DNA of 53,210 nucleotides, counting the filler, from Sphacelaria rigidula (lineage: Eukaryota), in NCBI GenBank assembly GCA_964200075.2. It is 4 parts of 4 records of this genome, joined end to end, with 100 filler letters (N's around TTAATTAATTAA, not from the genome) between each part and the next. Parts side by side here need not be neighbours in the genome. Positions count along the whole stretch, not along the records: positions 1 to 13,229 come from CAXNAA020003048.1; 3 more parts are not named here. One strand, written 5' to 3'. Both the position numbers and the translations under genes were made by a program. The notes beneath the pieces are model-generated. The model was not told the origin of the DNA. It saw nothing but the letters and a program-made list of their open reading frames with translations, and ran no database searches. Of the stretch, positions 1 through 10,550 are shown in pieces. The stretch's first letter is position 1. Every line of letters begins with the position of its first letter.

Positions 1-14
1 GCGCTTCGGCGGTG

Positions 15-28
15 GGGGGCGGTGGGGG

Positions 29-65
<37 letters not shown>
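15..65. repeat. Poly-G / G-rich tract at contig start
   Basis: Run of >35 consecutive G; it explains the poly-Gly start of ORF 12..761. Confidence 0.9.
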
Positions 66-66
<1 letters not shown>

Positions 67-107
67 GAGCTATCGCAGTATCAGTCTATGGTATCTGTCT
101 TTTTTAC

Positions 108-3100
108 CTTGTAGACGGTGTACCATTTTTGGATTCGGATCTTCTCTGGTCGGGTGCCCACTTGTGCGGCGATAAGCTTCTTGAGGTCCCCGATGGTGTC
201 GTCCTCGTTGCATTTCACCCTCACCTTTTCATTTTAGTATTGGCAAACGTCGAGGGTAAGTACTGGCGGTCAGTATGTCGTATCGGACAAGGACGTCGAT
301 ATCGAAATGTCTTTCATTGTAACCGTCAGTTTTTTCGTTGTCGCTATCGCCACCACCTGGTGGATACGAAAAACGAGAGAGAGGGGCAGAGACGCGCCGA
401 CAGATCTACAGATCTACAGACAAAAAGGGCAGAGATGCGGGCATACAAAACGATAGACTGGGAGGAACAGAGGGAGACAAGAGTGGAGGGGGCTGATACA
501 TCGAAAAAAATTATCGTAACCAGAAAACCGATCCCGTGTTATTCCATCATATGTGTACCTTATGCGTGGTGCTGTGCCCAACTACATGAAATTACAGTGA
601 AAAACAAGAGGGTATTCGCACACAAGAGCAATGCAGGCGATGAGCACGCGGCAGCGTGTTCCCGAGCTCGACTACAGTGCGTCATTTCTTCGTCTCTCTC
701 GCGGGCTCACAAATATAAGACTCACGCGGGCGACAAGGAGAGGGACAAACCAGCCAACTAGAACGGTGTTGAGCTTCCCTACAAAAACTGATGAATCGAT
801 TGATGTGACTGTCTCTCACACAGACTGATTCGCGAAGAATCCAGTCGTGGGGGAAAAGGTAGTCAAGGTAGACCGGAAGTCATCACTTCCCGTGCCCCCC
901 TCCCTCCCCCGCCGTGAGGGTTGGCGTTGCTTGTCAACAACACTGTAAAACAGGCCGCTTACTGCGTAAGCTAGGCAACTAGGTTATCGTTTTATTTTCG
1001 CACTTGCGTTTTCATAGCGGTAACCATGATCGCGGTCGAGTTGGTTCATATTGTGCGGGGTAGGAGAACCTCGACTCCGCGCAAAGGGGATGCTCGTACT
1101 ACGCAGTGTTCAAAGAGTGAGACACATACGAGGCAGTGTGGCCGTCGCTGTCTCTGAAAGTGGCGACACCAGAAAATGAAGCAACCCACTGTGGGCTGTC
1201 ATCCATATGCAAGCGTATCAGTAAGTTTCAGGCCGGACAATCTTAGCAGGATGCAGCTTACTTTTCGCACGACTCGCCGAACATATCACGGCGCTCCGCG
1301 CTTGGTGATAAAGGACGAGCCTGTTCCGGCGAAAACTCGACGTGCTCCGTCCCGGCTGTGTAGGCATACGAGGTCAATGGTCGTATGGCTAAGGCATGCA
1401 AGATCGTGAGTACACCTCGCCTCCAATACCAGCCATGTCAAATTATTCCGTAGTCTAAGGTACCAGGTGAACTATGTTATACTATAACCAATATAGTGAC
1501 GGGAGAATGGCCGTATATGCATGCGAACCTATATGGGATATGAATACAGATTCCACTTTAAGGGGACAGTTCCATGCGGGTGGGGGGTGGGGGTGGGGGT
1601 AATAAAATCCTGCAATCGACCAAAACTGCAACGTAAGAGTGCGGCCCGATGTCTTCGAACCCAAAGTGCGATGTCTTCGAACCTAGCTCGCGACCATCCT
1701 TGCACCAGTTCTTCGACAGCTCAGTTTTGGGAAAATTTCGCGCGCGGGGGGGGGGACGAATGCACGCAGTTTGCCCCATCTTTCCCCCCCAACATACGCG
1801 CCCGTCACTATTCATTTTGTCTGGCAAGCCTGTGACCACGCGGCCACGCTCCTTTCATGATCGCGCAGCCTACGGATCGACATGCACGGAGAACTTTACT
1901 GTGCAACAAAGGTATCACAAGGTGTATGGCATCGCGTCTCCAGACTGCAGAAAGAGGTGAAGATGTGCGCGGGCTCTTACTTCTCGGGACCGCAGAAAGA
2001 GGTACAAAGAAGCGTTGGCTGTTGCATCTCCGGGTCGGAGGAAGAGGTACAGAGAAGGGTAAAAACAAGGATTGGAGACGTTTTACGTCCACTCGGTTTT
2101 GTCCCGAGCGCGTGGTTGGACGGGGGCTGTGGAAGGCCCATATTGGTCAGATGGAGGTAAACTTTGGACACTGTGTGGGACAGCACATGGCAGGATGGGG
2201 TACAAAGTAAATGTAGTAGTGTTCGCGGGGCATAACTACCCCGTTGTCGGACACAGCGGGGCCCACTGCATGGCCCTCGTTTCCCGCGGCGCTGTTCCGC
2301 CGTCAAACCGCGCTCATAATTCGCGAAAGTTGGTGCACATACTCTACATGGGCTGTGGGCTCTTTGCCTTCGCGTCGGGATTGATTTTTGAGTGGTTTGG
2401 GCCCGGCACGGATGGCTCCAACTTGTGCGGTTGACTGTACATACTTTTTGGCTGAAATATGGGGGACTGTACCCCCCTTTGTCTATTGCCCTAATAAATA
2501 GGGTTGGGTACTGGCTGCGGTCAGCAGTCAGTATACTGGGTCCAAACAGTACACTGGTGCTGCGGCGAAGCCGCAACCACCGCCCCCCCCTGGCTGGTGA
2601 GGGGGCCCCGCCGGAGGCGCCCCGCCGGAGGCGCCCCGCCGGAGGCGCCCCGCCGGAGGCGCCCCGCCGGAGGCGTGTTTTTACGCGATTTGGCTTCACT
2701 AGAAGATATTTTTTGGGTAATTTTGGGCCACTCTGATGCTGCCCGACTCGGGTATAAATAGTAACTACATGGAAACACTTTGATTGTAGGCGACGGTCAA
2801 TTATCAATTATGTTGGCCACATTCGTGTTGACACCGGTGGATGATGTAATCATATGACGTGTACCACACATCCACCATCATGTTGCTCCAGAGACACCTT
2901 TGGGCAAGTTGATCGCCATAAAAGTGGTCATATTTCACCCACACATCCCCATTTAAAGCCAAAAAAAAAGTACTTCGCATAGGATGTGCGGATCTCGATT
3001 GAAATACCAGCCTCGAATACGGGTGCATCTACGAAAGAACCAAGTACGGAGCCGGCTTTGACTTGCGGAGCTCGTGGTTCACCCGTTGCAGCTTCTCCTG

Positions 3101-4864
3101 TCGCAGTTGATCCTGCTGCGACTGCTGACGAACAGCAGCAGCAGTAGCAGGTGGCGCGACCGTCACAACTTGTGCTTCACCGGGATCGCTCGAGGCCGCG
3201 GCGGCTTCGGGGTTTGGAGACCCGCCATTAGGGTCTGCAGAGGGCGTGCTGCTGGTACTCATGGATTGTTCCATCGTTTGTAGGGTCTCCCAACACCCGC
3301 TGCTGTATAGGTACACTTGTTCCACAGCCTCTCTCTTCTGAAGCGGGCCAATTTGGTGGGTTTTCATGGTGGTTCAGGAGGCATATTGTAGGACGTACGT
3401 AAGAGGGCCATGTATTGGTGTACTGGCGGAATCTCAGCCAGTACAAGTAGTACTGGCAGTACAGGAATACTGGCAGTAGACACTGGTCCAGGACCCAACC
3501 CTCCTAATAAATGTAATTCGGGCTCACGTCCCACAGATAGGAGTAACTCAAAGTGAATAAAAATATCTTTGCGCAAAGTGCGATTATGGCCGAGCGTTCG
3601 AAAGTCGCCACTGGTCAAAAATCGAGGACCCACCAGAAATCAGGGAAAGAACTATCGAATGGGACATGTCCTGTACCGCTGGGCCGCAGCACAAACATAC
3701 TCATACTCTATCTTGTGTGCTGTAGGTGTTGCTGCGCTGTGGCGTCTTCAGGTCTTTGTGGAGACGGTTTGATCTCCGCTGGGAGTGCCTGAGTTGCTTC
3801 ATACTGTCATTCCGTTCGTCTCTATGAAAAATAATGTTGTCGCGCAGTGCTCTCTACACACTCTCGAACCGTTCATGGTGCGTTGGCTGTTTCGTCTCGA
3901 GTCAAAGGGATAAGGCGCTCCCCAAACCCATCATTTCTATGGTGCAGTTCTCGCTGTGCTGTTGGGCATCTAAACACTCTACGACGATCACGGTGCGATG
4001 TGCACTGGAGAGTGCCTGAGCAGTTGTACTGCTGCATGCCGTGTTTCGGGCTGCAGAGAAGTGGGGTGGGATCAAGGTCTGTCGAAACAAAGAAAGGTTG
4101 AAACATTCGTCACGTGACAGCTGTACAGCTCTCTGTTGAGTCTTCTCTGATACTTCAGTTATAGTCGGGTGCTGTGATCGGGGAAGGCACGCCAGGCGGG
4201 TGCGTGCAGGTTGGGACAAACTGAGCCAGCACGGAGCTGCTGTATCCTCGTTTATTGCCGGTAGCAGCTGTCTGTGTCGCAGCGGCGCAATGTGTGGACC
4301 AATCAAAGCTGCTTTTTTGACTTATCTACCACTCATATCTCTGATCTGATTGAAGAAAGGTCGCCGCATTTTGGTGTATGCAAAGACTATGATTGGTCGA
4401 GAAACCTCGCCACTCATAAATCTTGCCACTATCTGTTGACGCAATGCCGTAATTCGTGCTGATTTGAAGCTCGGGGACCACGGAGGGAAACGCATGGAAT
4501 TACCATACTCCAAACGTCCGGTGGTCACGTCGTATTCTCGGAACAGAAAACAATGAGCCTCACAAGGGCTAATTGACCACGGGTACAATCACCTGAAGGG
4601 TTCAACCTTGGACTGTGAAGTAGCCATCTCTACAAGATGCCTTCCAAGACGGACGTTCGCGACTCGACTTCACGATAGTACACAAATGATCCTCCACAAA
4701 GATTACAAAAAAAAACTCCGCGGTCAAGGCCCCACTCGAGTATAAGGCCGACGGGCCATCTGTCGAGCCCCGAATTCTCACCGGCCTAATGAGGGCTCGA
4801 CGGTGCAGAACGGCACGAGGCTTACCTTCTTTCCCAGTCGATCATTGCAGATAACTTCAATCAT
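108..4864 (-). CDS. UBL5: Ubiquitin-like protein 5 (Hub1), 3'-partial; complement(join(108..224,4826..4864)); last exon lies off the left edge
   Basis: Manual translation: exon 1 [13 protein letters not shown] (39 nt, GTAAG donor); exon 2 [39 protein letters not shown] (117 nt, AAG acceptor, GTAAA donor). This matches the highly conserved UBL5/Hub1 sequence, with phase-0 junctions. Confidence 0.97.
1140..1416 (+). mobile_element. Interspersed repeat family A (~270 bp, ends ...GCATGCAAGATCRTGAGTACACC), in the UBL5 intron
   Basis: Aligned by eye with copies at ~28266-28550 (-), ~32405-32690 (-), ~41730-42010 (+), and partial copies at ~5958-6010 (-) and ~36295-36410 (+). Confidence 0.8.
2605..2674. 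repeat. Minisatellite, 5 perfect copies of GCCCCGCCGGAGGC (14 bp)
   Basis: Read directly; lies subterminally in the 2500-3502 element. Confidence 0.95.
2804..3367 (-). pseudogene. Interrupted reading frame carried by the TIR element (possible transposase N-terminal remnant or captured gene piece)
   Basis: ORFs 3029..3367 and 2804..3028 are contiguous in one frame, separated by a single TAG. The product has a low-complexity N-terminus followed by a region ending RCQHECGQH. Confidence 0.45.
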
Positions 4865-5581
4865 TTCGCTCCGACAGTACTCTGTAGCTCCCCCTCTCCT
4901 CTCCTCTCACGCGCTGGTATCTATTTCGAAGCCCGATGAAGTGAAGTGACGATAAATCGACGAATCAGTCCGCAACACACCCCCTGCAGTTGTGCCGTAG
5001 CAGCGAGCCGAGTTTCTCACCACAGAACGAAATAAAAGGAGGCACAGATGAAGAGAAGATGCAGGAGAAAAGGGAGTGTGCAATACCTTCTCCTTGTTTT
5101 CCGCCTATTCTATGTTGTTATTCCACCCGCCGGCCTGTTCGAGCTGCACGTGGGCTCACATACAAGCTGTTGTGCCGCGACACGTCGGCGGTCATTTTCC
5201 AATTTTTATCCAAGCGCCGTTATACCGCGAGTCTGAGATCTAGTGCTTGTCATAACTTTTAGGTGCATCTAGTATCATAGACGTTGCGTTCACGACAAGA
5301 GTTTTGATTGTATTTATTCGAATTTTGTATTTCATTTTCTTGCTTCATTCCATGGTCTTTTGACCACCAAAGAGATGCCCTGGAATTTGTTTTTTATGTT
5401 TCCCGGAGTTGATGTGATTTGAAACCCCGATATATGCGGGGTCTGAGACGTTGTGCTAATGATAAATCTGTAAAACACATTTTATTCCTCTTTTTTCGGA
5501 ATAGAAAAGCACAAGATTATAAGATTACACACGGAAAGAGCAAGGGGTTGCTTTGTTGTACTCTTTGTAGGACAAACTTTG

Positions 5582-5782
5582 ATGTCGGCGGCAAGAAAAC
5601 CAGGAAAAGCTGCTGGGAGCGGCCGGAGAGATAGTTTCAGTGGTGGCGGTGCAAAGGGGAAGGATGAAGTCATTTCGGTGGAGGAGGAGTTGTGGACGCT
5701 ACAGCTGGGTGCGCGAAACCCTCCCTGCAATGTAGCCAAGTTTGAGGAAGTGTGGGTTGGCAAGGGCGAGGCCCAGCGGAAG
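5582..5782 (+). CDS. Candidate first coding exon of an unknown gene divergent from UBL5
   Basis: ATG to AAG|GTGTGT, 67 codons (MSAARKPGKAAGSGRRDSFSGGGAKGKDEVISVEEELWTLQLGARNPPCNVAKFEEVWVGKGEAQRK). It is preceded by a pyrimidine-rich TAG acceptor and lies ~720 bp from the UBL5 ATG. Downstream exons were not established. Confidence 0.5.
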
Positions 5783-6111
5783 GTGTGTCGTGATTAGTTC
5801 GTCCAATGAATGGGAGTGGCCATAGATATGCGGGTTGGTGAGGTTGTGATGTTTTATTTCGTCCGTGTTGTTGATACTGTCGGAGTGTCGGCAGTGCAGA
5901 GCAGCAGTACAGTGGTATAAGTGGGTCGGTCGTTTGCCGCCGCCTGTACCTCCAACATTCATGATCTTGCATGCCATAATCATAAGACCATTGATCTCGC
6001 ATCCCTACGGATTTCTGGCTGAGGTTGTTCGGAATTACCGCCAGTCCTGAGCTCTGCGGTCTGATTTTGTGTACGACCTGGGGCAGCCTACAAGCGCATC
6101 TGTAGGGTGCA

Positions 6112-6408
6112 GTTCCATTCTCATCTCAATTTTTAGAGTTGGACTTTCAAATTTGGGATGAAGAATCGATAGGTCATGATGAAAAGAGCAATTTTGGGTC
6201 ATGGAGATTTTTTTTTTACTACTTGAGAACGTTCTATTAATAGTGAAAACTGGCAATTACCCAACGTTGCTTTTTTCAGTATTCTCTAGTGTCCCTATGT
6301 CATGAAAAAAAAATCTCACTGGACTCAAACTTCTTGTTTTATTATGCCCTGGTGATCCTTCATACCAAATTTGAAAGTCCAACTCTCAAAATTGAGGTGA
6401 GAGTGGAC
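6112..6408. mobile_element. Foldback/MITE-like palindrome, ~105-bp imperfect arms
   Basis: The left arm (TCCATTCTCATCTCAATTTTTAGAGTTGGACTTTCAAATTTGG...) is the near reverse complement of the right arm (...CCAAATTTGAAAGTCCAACTCTCAAAATTGAGGTGAGAGTGGA). Confidence 0.85.
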
Positions 6409-7307
6409 GATTGACGATTTAGAGCTTGGGCCGGTCGAGATTCGGAATAGTATTTTGCGGGCCATTATCAGCCCAGTTTTCGCACTTGTGCTTTGAAATT
6501 TGTGTGGAGAATCACTCGGGCATAATATTAGAAAATAATTGGGACATGGTGATTTCTCCCATGAGTGGAGGGTGTTTTACAGTACTTTACATCTGATATT
6601 GGGAGGTTTTCGTAGTTTTTTCGAAGTCGGGGATGGTCGGAAGTGTTTTCGCGTGCCACCGCTCATGCAGGTGAATGCTTGATCCCAAAGTTCGGGGATT
6701 GGGATATACTAGGTATCCCCTCCACATTCCGAGAAAAGATCACGCCTGCGCTCATTATTGAACGGCTCACGGGCTGACCGGTTTTCCGAGGTCCCGAGAC
6801 TACCCAGCCCCAGGTTCTGACCCTTGAGTATTTTCACTCGATTGAAGTAATCCCAACCGTTTTCTTTAACTAATGAAAATTATGACTTTTTCAGTTTCTA
6901 TTTTTCATTGCGCTAGAGCCGAAAAACCGTGTTTTTTGGACCAGTGGCGATCGATAATACTCCCTTGATGAAGAAGGTACGTACTTCGTATCACCCCGAA
7001 AACACTAATTGAGAATTGCATTCTGAGCACGACCTGCTTCTCTTGCCAATATCTATCGACGGTAGGACTCTTACGCGCCAAGGATTGATATTACCCGAGA
7101 TAAATTAGAAAAATACCCAAAAACGAGCAATGCCCAACCGAGCTCAGTACAGCATAGGTGGGGGTGAACCAATTCCGATCAATCCCATTAATGATTTTAC
7201 GGACCCTCATTTTTTATTTTCACCTTTTCATTGCGCTATTACGGGGGAACATTGTTAATAGGAATGGATGAATCGAAGGACGTAACTCGAGCATTTTGGG
7301 GACAATT

Positions 7308-8455
7308 TCAACAAACGATAGCTCAGATGAACCGCAAGGTCCACGTAAAGAATGGCCAGCAACAAAAACTAAGAAATAAAATGCACGCAAAATGTAAGGC
7401 TCATTCCGTGAAATTTTCCTGGAATTTTCCTGTTGGTTTCCCTCCGGTCATGGATCGGGGGTTGAGATATGGCACTCCATTTCTCTAGCGTGTTGACGTC
7501 AAACTCAACAAACGATAGCTCAGATGAACCGAAAGGTCCACGCGGGCAATGGTCAGCGACAAAAATGAATAAATAAATGTACACGAAAAGTTGAGGCCCA
7601 TTCCGTGTTTTTTTCCTGAAATTTTCTTGTTGGTTTCCCTCCGATCATGGATCAGGGGTTGAGATATACGGCATGCCGTATATCTGGCGTGTTGGCGTCA
7701 AATTCAACAAACGATAGCTCAGATGAACTGTAAGGTCCACGCGATCAGCGCTCAGCAACAACAACAAAAAACGCAAACAAGAAGTTGAGACCCCCTTCGG
7801 GAAAAGTTCCAGTCGGTGCTCCTCCGATCATGGATCAGGGGGTGAAATATGACATGCCATATCTTCGGCGTGTTGAACGTTAAATTCAGCAACTGATAGC
7901 TCGGATGAACCGCAAAGTCCACGTGATCAACACTCAGCGACAATAAAGCAAAAACAAATGAGCACAAGAAGGTAAGGCCTACTCCGTGAATTAATCCAGT
8001 CGGTGCCCCTCCGATCATGCACCAGGGGTTGGAGATATGGCATGCCACTTCTACGGCGTGTTGACGTCAAATTCAACAAACAGCAGCTCGGATGAACCAC
8101 AAGGTCCACGCGATCAACACTCAGCAACACAAAAACAATACAAAAATGCACTCAAAAAGGTGCGGCTCATTTCGTGAATTATTTCAGTCGGTGCCCCTTC
8201 GATCATGGATCAGGGGTTGAGATACGGCATGCCATATCTGCGGCGTGTTGACATCAAGTTCAACAAACAGCAGCTCGGATGAACCGCAAGGTCCACGCGA
8301 TCAACACTCAGCAACACAAACGCAAGAAAACAAAATGCACACAAGAAGGTAGGGCTCACTTCGTGAATTATTCCAGTCGGTGCCTCTCCGATCATGCATC
8401 AGGGGTTGGAGATATGGCATGCCATATCTCCGGCGGGTTGACGTCAAATCCAATA
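7308..8455. repeat. Tandem array of 6 diverged units of 182-199 bp
   Basis: Unit starts at ~7308, 7505, 7704, 7886, 8073, 8260, with the next partial at 8449. Shared blocks include GCTCRGATGAACCGCAAGGTCCACG and CCGATCATGSATCAGGGGTTG(G)AGATATGGCATGCC. Confidence 0.95.
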
Positions 8456-8928
8456 ACGGCTGCCTTGTCTGCAGCAATGGCTTCCTGCTCTGCAGCCACG
8501 GCTTCTTCACGTCCTTCTATCTCCTTCCTCATGATGTACGCGTGTGGCTTGTCTCTTCTCGCCACTTTTGGAGCAGTGCCAGGAGGCGCTGCTGTTTTGC
8601 TGCCTCTCTTGCGGGGCATAGCTGCGGGGTACGCTGTGATCCGGAGACCAGCAAATCAGTTGGGCATATTTCGAGCGCATTTTCAAATTTCCAAAAACGG
8701 GTTCAAGAGCACGCTCGGTCATATTACAAGGTTTTCATCGATATGTCGTGTGCGTGTTTTTCCAGGAATGTGGAGACGGCGTTTTCCCCCCCGTATAAAA
8801 ATTAAGGGTGTCATAATCAACATGACCTCTTGTATGCTGTACGATACGCCTGAGGACGAAACCACCATCGTCGGATAGCCACAGTTCCCAGGTTTCGTAC
8901 GGTGTGCCCAATGCATACCAGTACACAT
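8392..8928 (-). pseudogene. Fragmented coding-like region running into the tandem array (cargo of the large element)
   Basis: Short overlapping minus-strand ORFs (8719..8928, 8507..8722, 8392..8619). The last one (MPRKRGSK...EEAVAAEQEAIAADKAAVIGFDVNPPEIWHAIS) reads directly into the rightmost repeat unit. Confidence 0.35.
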
Positions 8929-10114
8929 GTCATCCCGTTGGTTTTATCTGAAAACTGGAGATGAAAATATCGCGTAGACGGGTATAACTATAATCATCAT
9001 TCGCACATTTTTTTCTCGAAATTTTGTCTTTGCGCGTCTTTTGTTCCTACTAACAATGTTCCTCCGTAATAGAGCAGAAAGAAAATGTGTTTTTGACCCC
9101 CAAACGGTCAATAACACCCCCTGTCAATTCAGCTTGAAACTCGTTCAATTTTGACCGCAAATACAGTATTTATTCCAGAATGTGGAGTGGATGCGTTTAA
9201 TAGTGTTTCCTGACTCTCAAACTTCGGGATCAACCGCTCGCCGGCATGAGTGGTGAGCCCGCGCAAAACATATTGAAAATCGCCGACTACGAAAAAATCA
9301 CAAAAATGTCCTATTTCAGATGAAAACTACTACTCGTATAGTGTAGTCAAGCTCACGAATAAAAACAAGGGCATATTTTTTTGTTCGTTCGTATTTTAGT
9401 ATGTCCTTGCATTTCTCAATACTCGATTTTAGATCACAACTCTGAAGTATGAGCTGATAAAATGAGTTAAGGGCCAAAAACAGCGTCCATTTTACACAAA
9501 AACAACAAAACAACAATTCCAAGGTCCTGAACGCGTTTTTTTTTTCTTTGCCCTTGCGATAGTCCATACCAACTCTCTAAAACTCTCTACAACTGAGATG
9601 CGACATCCACTGCTCGTGATGTATTGAGTTTAGCATTAAATATTATGTGCGCCATATTTGTATGTAGACAATGAATGAGATGAAGGTGAGGATGTCGATC
9701 CTGTTACGCACGGATCCGGGGAATATTCACACCAAAAATCACCATCCGCTGTATACCTCGATCAGGGTTCCGTGTGGACTTCAGTATGGACCCTATCTCC
9801 GTACGGTATAGGAATTATTCAACATCACGTTCAATCAACGAGAAAAAATGGGCGCAGGCTGTTGAGCAGATTTGCATCTCCCCCTTGAATGTTGTTGTAG
9901 TGTTTACATGAAGAAACCATTCCGATGTTTGCGCAGTACTCCGTAGTGGGCATATTATGCGGACGCCGTCCATGGTCAGACGATTAACGAGATATGTGGA
10001 TTATGGCGCAGTTCGTCTGTGCCAATGGAATACGGCTGTGAGAGCTTAGATCCGAGTTCAGGATGGCCCAGCTCGTAGCATTTTTCATTTTCGCACTTTT
10101 GAGTCAACTTCTGA

Positions 10115-10550
10115 CAGGAACGAAAGAGTTTTTGCTTCAAATTATGCTTATGTTGGCGTGAAAAGACGACCAGACGAATCTTGTCTCCTTGCAATGAGGG
10201 ATGAATTGCTCAACTGCGTGAGAGGAACTCAGCACACTTCGGCGGTTTTTGGTACGGCAGGTTGCGTCTCGGCCGGAAAAAAGTAAACCGCGCATACGTT
10301 GGACATGGCGGAGATTGTTGACAAAATATCGCGCAAACCGGGCATGAGTACTTTTTTTTCTTCGGCCAAAACTCGGACTGCGCGCACCAAAAAACCGCCG
10401 AAGTGTTCCGGGATCCTTTCACGCAGTGGAGCTAGTCATTCCTCATTCTGAGGTGACATTATCCGCCTGGCCGTCTTTTTACGCTGTTGAAAAAAACGCT
10501 GTTGGAGGGCCCAAATAGGCATTTTCGAGCAAGAAAGTTTTGCGTTCCCG
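10115..10550. mobile_element. Long imperfect palindrome / foldback element centred near 10320
   Basis: AATGAGGGATGAATTGCTCAACTGCGTGAGAGGAACTCAGCACACTTCGGCGGTTTTTTGGT pairs with ACCAAAAAACCGCCGAAGTGTTCCGGGATCCTTTCACGCAGTGGAGCTAGTCATTCCTCATT. Similarity extends outward to ~10115 and ~10550. Confidence 0.85.

Larger units (their letters stand above)
2500..3502. mobile_element. Non-autonomous TIR DNA transposon (hAT- or MULE-like), 1003 bp, inside UBL5 intron 1
   Basis: Terminal IRs AGGGTTGGGT(A/C)CTGG at 2500.. and ..3502. Flanking direct repeat CCTAATAAAT at 2490-2499 and 3503-3512. Multiple subterminal CAGTAC/GTACTG motifs at both ends. Confidence 0.85.
6065..10085. mobile_element. Large composite non-autonomous element with long imperfect nested inverted repeats; boundaries approximate
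   Basis: Inverted matches: ~6065-6100 with ~10045-10085, ~6605-6700 with ~9215-9310, ~7222-7265 with ~9042-9088. Segment ~9570-10070 is homologous to ~20615-21030, and ~6770-6935 to ~24655-24830. Confidence 0.65.

Noticed and set aside
12..761. 249-aa poly-Gly ORF
   Set aside because: It arises from a poly-G tract and is antisense to UBL5 exon 2 and intron.
1977..2807. 276-aa ORF and overlapping repetitive ORFs
   Set aside because: They cross a transposon boundary and are kept open by the GC-rich 14-bp repeat.
7308..8455. Possible CRISPR-like array
   Set aside because: Units are ~190 bp and homologous along their full length, with no unique spacers, no short invariant repeat and no cas genes; the context is eukaryotic.
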